Positions 10,922 through 19,251 of a stretch of 64,000 nt of DNA are shown in pieces. The DNA is from Spirochaetia bacterium. GTDB taxonomy: Bacteria > Spirochaetota > Spirochaetia > SZUA-6 > Bin103. Position numbers and translations under genes: made by a program. Position 1 is the first letter of the stretch. Each line of letters opens with the position of its first letter. The stretch covers positions 576,001 to 640,000 of the forward strand of contig CBDAOI010000004.1 of assembly GCA_965198005.1 (NCBI GenBank), read 5' to 3'. The notes under the pieces were generated by a model. It worked only from the letters and a program-made list of their open reading frames with translations. It made no database searches and was not told the DNA's origin.

Positions 10922-11598
10922 GTGCGCCGGCAAACCGGCAGGGTTGTTGTGAATGAAAGAGTCATACGTCGAATGGCTAGCGACCCACGGCGGCCCCGAG
11001 TCATGCGCCGTCGCCCGCGAGGGCGGGGGCGAAGCGTTGACAGGGGTACGTGCGGGCCGGGTATCGAGCCGCGAAAGGCAATTACTTCGGGGTGCCGACG
11101 CCGTAGGAGGATGCGGAAGGCCGACAAGACGCGCTTGATCGAGTTTGGGCCGTTCGCGGCCGAGAACCGCAGGCGCCGAGGTGAGGGCAAGCCGGAGACC
11201 TTCGACTTCCTCGGGTTCACGCACATCTGCGGGACCAAGGGGAGTAACGGACGGTTCACGGTGCTCAGGCAGACGATGCGGGAGCGGTTGCAGGCCAAGC
11301 TGGGGCAGGTGAAGATCGAGCTCCGGCGACGCCTGCACGATCCGGTCCCGGAGGTGGGAAGCTGGCTGCGCTCGGTGGTGGGTGGGCACCTGCGTTACTA
11401 CGGGGTGCCCATGAACTCCCGCGCAATCAGCCTGTTCCGCCTGCGGGTTGGTTGGCTCTGGAATCGGTCGATGCGGCGACGCAGTCAGAAGACCCGGCTT
11501 ACCTGGGAGCGCATGAGCCGTCTCATCGACCACTGGTTGCCACCGCCCCGTGTGTGCCATCCCTATCCCCTGTACCGCCTTGGCGTCATACCTGAGGC
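10922..11598 (+). mobile_element. Group II intron remnant 2 (5' RNA joined to RT7/domain X; no DV)
   Basis: Starts GTGCGCCGGCAAACCGGC; jumps at about 11120 to DKTRLIEFG...FDFLGFTHICG...LRYYGVP...RRRSQK...HPYP; ends before any domain V. Confidence 0.85.
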
Positions 11599-11927
11599 GT
11601 CGTGGCGCATCATCCTCATCCATCCAACCCCGAGCGGTGAACCGTCGCACGCGGCCAGAACCTGTCAACGACTCGGAGGTCACCGAAGGTCACCGTCGAC
11701 CGGCCACTGCGCTGACTGTCATCATGGTGCTGCATCATCGATCCGTCGAACCCCAAGCGAGGCAAGCTTGCTATGGACGCGACCACCCTGTCAACGACTC
11801 GGAGGTGACCGACGGCCACCGTCGACCGGCCACTGCGCTCACTGTCGTCATGGCGCTTCATCATCGATCCGTCGAACCCAGAACGGTGCAGTCTCTCACG
11901 CGCACGGCAAACTCTCAACAGCTCGGA
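11597..11927 (+). repeat. Degenerate tandem repeat, period about 126 nt (2 full and 2 partial units)
   Basis: CCTGTCAACGACTCGGAGGT at 11661 and 11787; 93-nt cores differ at 7 positions; partial units at 11597-11660 and 11912-11927. Confidence 0.85.
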
Positions 11928-12631
11928 TCCCATCGTCCCATCTATCCCGTCCCACTGTCCAGTTGGCTCGAGGCCGAGCGACGCTGACTAAGAACGTCAG
12001 TCGGCGACTGGTGTTGGCGTCACGGGCCGTCTCCAATCAACCGAGACAAAACCGAGACACGGTCGGTCGCGAACAAGGGGCCTTGGTGCATACTCTGAAT
12101 CGGGCAATGGGCGGGTTTGCCGGCAACCCGGAATCGCCATCGAGGCGTGGCGCGGTGAGCCGGCAGCGACAATGGGCTGGATCGCCACCGACACGCGATG
12201 GGCCGCTTCATCGGTCGCGGCAGAGTTGGTAACCGGTGACCTCCACCCGCGGTTTCCCTCCCTGGCACCGTACTGCGCGGGTTGCCACGCACTCCTATAT
12301 AGATTGTTGGCGCCGCCGCGTGCGCCGGGAAGGGGCCAAGCGCCAGCGGACCGTGCGCGAGAAGACCTCAGCGCGTTCAAGTCGCCACCACCCAAATATG
12401 CCCGTATCTTCTTGATATATAATTAGTTACAATCTCCTGCAGGCCGCTAAACCGGACAGTAGTGTCGTCATGTATCAAATGACTCGATGACTCTGCGCGC
12501 CCATGCCTTGCCTTCCCCGCAGGTCCGTCTTGGTCACCTTGGGAGGGTCGCGGAACACGATCCGGGAGACCCACTTCTCCGATTCTACCGCGGAGGTTGC
12601 CGGGAACGCCGCATGCGGCTCTATGCGCATT

Positions 12632-13123
12632 TCATGCGCCGCCGGAGCGGGGAGCATCGGTCAGGAGGATGCGCAGGGCCGTCAGCACGCGGCGCGGACG
12701 CTTGCGGTGGATCGTCATTCCCGCCCAATACGCGGCTTCCTCATGCTGCATGGTCTCGATGCCCTCGACTACCGCTCGCATATTAACGCGGTTGCGCATC
12801 GGAGCAAGGGTGCGGAACAGCAACCCCAGCATGAGGGCGACCTCTTCGGTAAGGGTGTAGCCGCTGTTCACGTCGCTGGCGCTCGGACCAAGCCTCACCC
12901 CGGATTGCGCAAGCCGGCGCAGCACGCGGTGCTCGATGAGGTCCAGATTGGGGCCGCGGAGCCGCGCGATGCGGTGCGCGGACGTCACGGAGGGCGTCGC
13001 TGCCGCGGGCATCTGCCAGATCGCGTATTCCGTGTCCGCCGGCCCATGACGGCGCACGCGCAGCTCATACCGGGGAGCCGATTCCGGCGTCTCGATCCGG
13101 GTGATTCGCGCCGGATGCGCCAT
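12632..13123 (-). CDS. Small DUF499-associated protein (position of DUF3780 in restriction-like systems)
   Basis: 163 aa; start overlaps the DUF499 stop (TAATG); EEAAYW...RRVLTALRILL C-terminus. Confidence 0.7.
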   Translation of the reverse strand: MAHPARITRIETPESAPRYELRVRRHGPADTEYAIWQMPAAATPSVTSAHRIARLRGPNLDLIEHRVLRRLAQSGVRLGPSASDVNSGYTLTEEVALMLGLLFRTLAPMRNRVNMRAVVEGIETMQHEEAAYWAGMTIHRKRPRRVLTALRILLTDAPRSGGA

Positions 13124-16100
13124 TACGCGGCCGCCTCCGCGGTGGCCGACACGTAGGCCGCCCCGCTCGCGAACCGTGCCAGGCGCTCGGTAAGCTTCTC
13201 CGCGGCGTCGCCCTCCATCGACAGACCATCCTCGAACGTCAGTGCGAACCCAACCGTCAGGTTCTGCGAGTTGGCGTCCCGAAGTTGCGGATCGAGAAAC
13301 TCCTTCACCGGTTGCGCATCCGCCACCGGGCCCGTGAACTCCAGCTCGAACGAGCCGCCCTCGCGGGTTTCATAGCCTCCCGTGATCGTAACGACTTTCG
13401 TCGCTCCGGACACCGCGCCGATGGCGCCGAGCAGCCGAAAGGCGTCGCCCGCCTCGAACATGCGGATCGATAGCACTCCGATCTTGTCCATGCGCTGCGC
13501 CCGCGCCTGCTCCCAGAGTCGCACCAGAGCGTCCCTGAGCACTCCCTCGGCGGTGACCGAGCCGGACGCCGGACGCGGCGGTGGATGCCCGCCTGTATCC
13601 TTGGACGGTAGCCCCGGCAACTCGCGAATGACAGACTGCTTGCGCCCACCGCCCTGAGCGCCCGGTGCAGGGCGCGGCCAGATGCCCTTGTTCCTGGCGT
13701 AGGCCATGGTCAGGACCACGGCCTGCTCGTCGATCATGATGCTCACCGCCGGGTCGTCCGGGCCGCACAGCAACTCACCCCGCCGGTAGATGTAGTCGCC
13801 CTGCTCGACCCCGCGCCGGATGCCCCGAATGAAGATCTCGTCCCCGCTCAGGATGGGCAGCGCCGGATCGCGGCGGAATTCCTCGCGTAGCGCGAGGGTG
13901 GTCATCTGGCCCTTCTTGAGCGGCGTGCGGTCGCGTACGTAGGCCGGCGAATCCGGCTCGTCCTCGGCCAGCCGCAGTTTCCTGAGATCGCGCAATGCCC
14001 GCACCACTTGTTGTTGGCCGGCGCCGGGCTGATCCGACGCGGCGTGCAAGTCGATCGCCGAGTGGGCCAGATCGACGCCGCTCGGTTCCACCCGGTTGCG
14101 CGAAGGATAGAAGATGTGCCGGTAGCATTGCTGGATGGCGATGGCCAGCACATGTTCGGAACGTGACTCCAGCTCGCGGATGTTCGCCTGCTGATGCTCG
14201 GCCAAGTCCGCCATTCGCTCGGCCTGTTGCAACGCGCGCAGGGCAAGCCGCCGCACCGCGGCGCGCCGCATCTCCTCCTTGCGCGCGTCGTCCGCCACCA
14301 CGAACACCAGATTGTTGCGTAGCGCCCGCAATGCCGCTCCCTCTGTCCCCCGGCGTGCATAGATGCGCTCGACCAACTCGGGGACGCTCTCGACGGCCGT
14401 TCCGATCACCACGCCGTCGTAGGCGAGCACGATCAGCCTGGGGCGGCCGTCGCCGACCTCGTCCGGCACGTCGAACGGTCCGCCGGGAAAGGGGATCGCC
14501 TCGAAGGTCGTTCCCGCGAATATCCGGCGGATACGGTCGTTGAGTTCCGCACGCGCGTCGCCCGCGTCCACGTGCTGCTCTTCGCGGCGAATGATCTGGC
14601 TCAGATTCGCTTCGGCGAGGAACCGCATCGGAGCGCCCGGCCGGTCGTCGAGATAGGCCGAGTCGGTGATGAACCGCTTGCGCGCCTGTTCGATGAAGCT
14701 GATGTCGGTCGCCGGCCCCAGAACCGAATAGCGCAGCCGTTCGGCCGACAGCCCCTTCAGCGGATCGTTGAAGGCAAGGGTGTGCATGAAGATCGTGCGC
14801 GCCACGTAGGCGGCGTAGGGCGGCATGCCGCCGTGCTGGGCGGCGTCGATCTCCTGCGCCAGCGCCTTGCCCTCCAACCGGCCGGCGGCGACGTCGTTGG
14901 TGATCGCCGGCACGTAGGCGGTCTGGCCGAGACGGGTAACGATCTCCTGACGAATCGGTTCGTGGCCCGGGTCGACGTGGTGGAGATGGATCGCCGTCGC
15001 GTCTGCCGGCTGCTCCTGCCAGAGGTGGGAGATCGTACGTGCCAGCAGCCGCAGCATGCCCCGCACCCGCTGGAAATTGCCGAGCGTCGCGGTCTTGCCG
15101 GTGAGGGTTGCCAGCACCTCCGGATGCAACGGATAGCTCGCACGGAAGGTCTCCGCGGTCTGCGGGTGCGCGGCGTCCCGAGCCAGCGCGTCTCCATGCG
15201 TAGTCCACAGCTCCTGGTAGGCGTCGACCACCGCGGGAAGCGAAGCGCGGTCGATGGTCTCGAACAGGCGCCGGAGCAGTACCTGGACCGTCTCGTCCTC
15301 TTCGGTGGGGTTGAGCAGCGTGGCCTTGCGCGCGGACACGCTCTCCGCCTCCGCCATCCGGTCGCCGATGAACTGGTTCTCCTCGCTGTAGGCATCGGTG
15401 GCGCGGCCATCCTTGCCAATCGCCAGGGTGTAGACCAGTGCCGCGTGCGGCGCGCCTTCCACCGCCTTGAACAACGAGGTCAGGAACGCGGTCAACTGAT
15501 CGCGGGCGGCGTCGAGGCGCTGCACCTTGCGCAGGTAGACCGACAGCTCGTCGAGCAGGATCAGGGTCGGCTGGCCGCCGAACAGCTCGCGCAGGGTTTC
15601 GGCCCCGGGGGCGACGCCTTGCTCGTCGCTGTTGCGAACCCGTTGGTAGCCGACCTTGCCGGCGAGCGCGTAGGCGATCTCGCCCCACGGCGTGTGCGCC
15701 AGAACACCGTCGCCCATCGCCCGGCCGTTGGCGGGATCGGCGTTCTCCCCGTCGAACCCGGCGACCCGCACCGGACCCGCCGGCAGCAAGCTCGGATCGA
15801 CGAACTCCGCGATGTCGAACTCGTCCGGCAAACCACGCACGGCATGGACCAGGGCGATCAGTGCATGGGTCTTGCCGCCGCCATACGAGGTATCGAGCCT
15901 GAAGATCGCCGCCGCCTCGCCACCGGCGCCACTCAAGCGCCGGCATACGTTGGACAACAGACTCCTGATGCCGCGCGTCGGCCAGGTGCGGGCGAAAAAC
16001 CGGGCCGGGTCGCGGTACTCCGCGCTGGCGCGGCCGGCGATGACCTGGGCGAGGTCGGCCGCGAAATCAGCTTCGGCTACGCTCCCCGTCAGGACATCCC

Positions 16101-16140
16101 CGCGCGCGCGGCAGGTCTCGAATATCGTTGGGATGGTCAT
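13123..16140 (-). CDS. DUF499-family AAA+ ATPase
   Basis: FAADL, LDTSYGGGKTH Walker A, LILLDEL Walker B, SYPLHPE, FQRVRGMLRLL. Confidence 0.92.
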   Translation of the reverse strand: MTIPTIFETCRARGDVLTGSVAEADFAADLAQVIAGRASAEYRDPARFFARTWPTRGIRSLLSNVCRRLSGAGGEAAAIFRLDTSYGGGKTHALIALVHAVRGLPDEFDIAEFVDPSLLPAGPVRVAGFDGENADPANGRAMGDGVLAHTPWGEIAYALAGKVGYQRVRNSDEQGVAPGAETLRELFGGQPTLILLDELSVYLRKVQRLDAARDQLTAFLTSLFKAVEGAPHAALVYTLAIGKDGRATDAYSEENQFIGDRMAEAESVSARKATLLNPTEEDETVQVLLRRLFETIDRASLPAVVDAYQELWTTHGDALARDAAHPQTAETFRASYPLHPEVLATLTGKTATLGNFQRVRGMLRLLARTISHLWQEQPADATAIHLHHVDPGHEPIRQEIVTRLGQTAYVPAITNDVAAGRLEGKALAQEIDAAQHGGMPPYAAYVARTIFMHTLAFNDPLKGLSAERLRYSVLGPATDISFIEQARKRFITDSAYLDDRPGAPMRFLAEANLSQIIRREEQHVDAGDARAELNDRIRRIFAGTTFEAIPFPGGPFDVPDEVGDGRPRLIVLAYDGVVIGTAVESVPELVERIYARRGTEGAALRALRNNLVFVVADDARKEEMRRAAVRRLALRALQQAERMADLAEHQQANIRELESRSEHVLAIAIQQCYRHIFYPSRNRVEPSGVDLAHSAIDLHAASDQPGAGQQQVVRALRDLRKLRLAEDEPDSPAYVRDRTPLKKGQMTTLALREEFRRDPALPILSGDEIFIRGIRRGVEQGDYIYRRGELLCGPDDPAVSIMIDEQAVVLTMAYARNKGIWPRPAPGAQGGGRKQSVIRELPGLPSKDTGGHPPPRPASGSVTAEGVLRDALVRLWEQARAQRMDKIGVLSIRMFEAGDAFRLLGAIGAVSGATKVVTITGGYETREGGSFELEFTGPVADAQPVKEFLDPQLRDANSQNLTVGFALTFEDGLSMEGDAAEKLTERLARFASGAAYVSATAEAAA

Positions 16141-16443
16141 GTACGAACGGTGTAGGGTCCCTGGCCGGGGTCTCCATCCGCCGTTTCTTCGAGGACGAAT
16201 GGTAGTTTGGCGTGGAGACCCCCGACGCGGCCACCCAGCCTCGGCAAGTATGCCACGGCCACGACGGTCGTGTCACGTCAACAGTCGACGACGCGGGAAC
16301 GCCGTCCCCGACCTGCAGGCGTTCTGACGGTTCAGGGATTCCCTTGCCGCTGGCGGGCTCCCTTAAGTGCCGTCGAAACTCGCCCCGAAGTGTCCTTTGG
16401 CGTTGCGAGAAAATGTCGACTACAGCCAATTCGCTTTCCTCCT

Positions 16444-17709
16444 CTACCGCGATCCGGGTGCGGCGTAGATGGTGAGCCTGGTGGCGTCGCCGATCTGTTC
16501 CAGGAGGGGACGGCGGCCGGACAGGCGCTCGCTGTCGCGCACCAGCTTGAGGAAGCCCTCGCCGCGCGCCTCCATGTAGCTGGCGCCGGTGAGCGGGCTC
16601 TTGAAGTCGCGCATGAAGCCGGCCAGGAACTGGTTGCGGCGGGCGGGCTGGCAACCGGCGTACAGGTTTTCGATGGTGAGGGTGTTGTAGAGCGCACCGG
16701 GGTTCTGGAATTCGATGCGCTCGGGGAACAGGCGGATGATGATCTGCGACCCGCGCGCCTCGTAGTCGCGGTGCACGACGGCGTTGACCACCGCTTCCTG
16801 CAGCGCGGTGTGGGCGTAGCTCGGATAGTCGTGGCGGCCGTCCCAGTCTTTTCTCGATGCGGTCGGCACCAGGGCAGAGGATCGGAAATAGGTGAGTGCC
16901 TGTGCGATCTGCTCGGGCAACGGTCCGGTGACGCGCCTGCTGTCGACGGTCTCGCCGTCGGGCGTAGCGTGGTGGTACGCGGCGACGTCGACGTAGGCAG
17001 CGGGCAGGAATCGCTCCGGGTGCTCCGCGAACAGGAGGATTCCCAGGTGGGTCGGTAGCACGCCGGCGTCGGTGGAGATAGCGAGCTTGTGCGCCGCGAG
17101 CGTGCGCGCCCACTCCTCGGGTCTGGTCCAGTCCGGGAACCGGTCGTGGAAGTAGCGTTCCAGTCGCAGGTCGTGCAGATCGCCAAGCGTACTGCCGAAC
17201 ACCGGGCGCTCCTCGATGGGATTGGTCATGCGGCGGGCGCTCAGCATGCGTGCCAGTCGGTCGGCAGGAATCACGCGCCGGTGACTGCCGATACGGTGCA
17301 GAAAGCGCCCGTCGCTGGTCTGATGCAGTTCGTGCCGTGAGCGCGGGATCTCGACGATCAGACACAGCGCAGGGACGCCGCCGGCTCCGGGAAGATACTC
17401 CCAGTTCAGAACGGGGACGATCATCGGCAGGCAGTTCTCCGTAGCGGCGTTGACTACCAGTTGCTCGAGGAGCTCGCGTTTATCCGGATCGATCCCCAGC
17501 GGCACGCGGTCCGTGTCGCGCACGCCCAGCACCACGACGCCGCCGTTCGTGTTCGCCATGCTCACGAACACCTCGGCAAGCCGTGGTGCCGCGCGTCCCT
17601 CGTCGCACGTGAACGCCACCCGATTCCCCCGAAACCGGACTTCCTTCAGTTCGAGAGCGCTATCCTCGCCCGCCCGAATCGAGTCCATCAGTGCCGTTAC
17701 GTCAACCAT
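16444..17709 (-). CDS. Schlafen/AlbA_2 domain plus HATPase_c_4 protein
   Basis: GEDSALELKE, MANTNGGVVVLGVRD; C-terminal ALQEAVVNAVVHRDY, EFQNPG, EARGEG. Confidence 0.88.
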   Translation of the reverse strand: MVDVTALMDSIRAGEDSALELKEVRFRGNRVAFTCDEGRAAPRLAEVFVSMANTNGGVVVLGVRDTDRVPLGIDPDKRELLEQLVVNAATENCLPMIVPVLNWEYLPGAGGVPALCLIVEIPRSRHELHQTSDGRFLHRIGSHRRVIPADRLARMLSARRMTNPIEERPVFGSTLGDLHDLRLERYFHDRFPDWTRPEEWARTLAAHKLAISTDAGVLPTHLGILLFAEHPERFLPAAYVDVAAYHHATPDGETVDSRRVTGPLPEQIAQALTYFRSSALVPTASRKDWDGRHDYPSYAHTALQEAVVNAVVHRDYEARGSQIIIRLFPERIEFQNPGALYNTLTIENLYAGCQPARRNQFLAGFMRDFKSPLTGASYMEARGEGFLKLVRDSERLSGRRPLLEQIGDATRLTIYAAPGSR

Positions 17710-17849
17710 TACGCCGCACGTCGTCGTTCGCGTATCCTAACCGGAGCCGGCGCGGCGGGTCACCCGGGCGGCGCCAGCGGGTGCCCGCCGGGGATGACCT
17801 GTGCGCGAGGGTTGAGCGGCTCCGCGGCGGCGCTTGCTGCCGGCGGCGA

Positions 17850-18037
17850 TCAGCGGCCGGCGAGATCTTCGACCGGATACTCGAAGTAGCTGTCGGTCAG
17901 CCGGTCGTGCAGCTCGCGGCAATGGTCGTTGACCTGCCGCAGCACTGCCGCGCGATCCGTCCGGTCCGGCCAATCGACGACGACGCCCCGACCCTTGACG
18001 TGCCCGCGCCCGGTGGGTACGATGCGCTGGAACACGG
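17850..18037 (-). pseudogene. 3' fragment of an unidentified gene
   Basis: Strong GC3 codon bias (PVFQRIV...DSYFEYPVEDLAGR*); 5' part missing; abuts the next gene back to back. Confidence 0.4.
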
Positions 18038-18457
18038 GTGAGCGCACGGCGGTACCTCAAGCTCGAAGCCCGGGCTGAAGAGCTGGAGCGGATCAATGCT
18101 GCGGTAGAGGATCTCGGCGAACAGGAAGGCTGGTCCTCGAAGCTGCTGTTCCGGGTCAATCTGGTGCTCGAGGAGCTGGGGTTGAACGTGATGACGCACG
18201 GGCAGGCGCGCGGCGCCGGTGAACTGGAAATCACCCTGACCTCGGACGAGACCGCCGTTACTATCGAACTGGTGGATGACGGACCCCGTTTCGACCCGCT
18301 GCAGGATGCGCCGCGGCCGGATCCGACGGCTTCACTGGAGGAGCGTCCGGTAGGCGGGCTCGGTGTCCATCTGGTGCGTACGCTGATGGATGAGGTGCAC
18401 TACAGATATGAACGAGGGAAGAACCGGCTGACCCTCGTTACCCGCTTGACCGCCTGA
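18038..18457 (+). CDS. RsbW-like anti-sigma factor Ser/Thr kinase (HATPase_c_2)
   Basis: LEELGLNVMTH N-box, DDGPRFDP, GGLGVHLV. Confidence 0.9.
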   Translation: MSARRYLKLEARAEELERINAAVEDLGEQEGWSSKLLFRVNLVLEELGLNVMTHGQARGAGELEITLTSDETAVTIELVDDGPRFDPLQDAPRPDPTASLEERPVGGLGVHLVRTLMDEVHYRYERGKNRLTLVTRLTA

Positions 18458-18459
18458 AC

Positions 18460-19251
18460 ATGCGTCTCAATCTTCCGACCCGGGTTGCGGTCAACATCTT
18501 TCTCATTCTGGTCCTTGCGGTGTCCATTACCGGGTTGATGAATCACTACAAGTACCGCAAGTTTCTGTCCGACTTGCTGCGCGACCGCCACGCTCTCGTA
18601 CTGCGCGATATTGCCCACACGATCGAGTCATCACTCGCCCTCGGCCTGCCGGCCGACACCCTGCCGGGGGTGAACTCCACGCTGCAGACGGCGACCTCGC
18701 GCCATCCCGGGGTGTTGTCGATCGAGATGTTCGACGAGCACGGGACCGTGCTCTACGGCTCGGACGAGAGCCTGCGGGGTGACTTGGTGTCGCGGGACTG
18801 GGCTGACGCCTGGAACGCGACCGCGGAGCCGGTATGGGCGCGGGTCGAGCCCGATGCGCACGTGGTCGGGGTGCGCGTGCGGGACAGTCTCGGCCGCGAC
18901 GTCGGCTCCCTTGCGCTGCGCTACTCGCGCGCCGGGTTCGACCGCGACGTGCGCGCCATGGCGGTCCGGATCATCGGCCTGTGCGCCGCGGTCCTGGTCG
19001 GGTTCGCGGCTGTCGGTACGGTGCTCGCCGTGGTCTTTACCCGCGACCTGCGGCGGCGCCTGCAGAGCATGAAGGCCGCAATCGAGCACTCTTCGGAGGA
19101 GCGGTCCGACCTCGAGCCCGATCCACCTTCCGCCAGCTTTGCCAGGACTGCGGCGGAGGCGCGGCAAGCGGTCGCGGAGGCTGCCGAAGAGATCCGGCGG
19201 ATCGAGGCGGAGCCCCATTCCTTTCCAAAGCTTGCGAAGGGCGGCGAATGA
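18460..19251 (+). CDS. Two-TM membrane protein with extracytoplasmic sensor-like domain
   Basis: TM-periplasmic-TM layout, cytoplasmic helical tail, no output domain. Confidence 0.75.
   Translation: MRLNLPTRVAVNIFLILVLAVSITGLMNHYKYRKFLSDLLRDRHALVLRDIAHTIESSLALGLPADTLPGVNSTLQTATSRHPGVLSIEMFDEHGTVLYGSDESLRGDLVSRDWADAWNATAEPVWARVEPDAHVVGVRVRDSLGRDVGSLALRYSRAGFDRDVRAMAVRIIGLCAAVLVGFAAVGTVLAVVFTRDLRRRLQSMKAAIEHSSEERSDLEPDPPSASFARTAAEARQAVAEAAEEIRRIEAEPHSFPKLAKGGE

Noticed and set aside
5900-11598. Retron, DGR or defence RT
   Set aside because: Both RT pieces have group II maturase domain X and intron RNA ends; neither has YADD; no TR/VR pair was seen
11597-11927. CRISPR array
   Set aside because: Cores of about 93 nt are far too long, the linkers resemble one another, and there are no cas genes in the window
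10922-12232. 436-aa ORF as a real protein
   Set aside because: It begins at the intron's GTGCG and is a chance in-frame join of RNA domain I, a maturase fragment and repeat DNA
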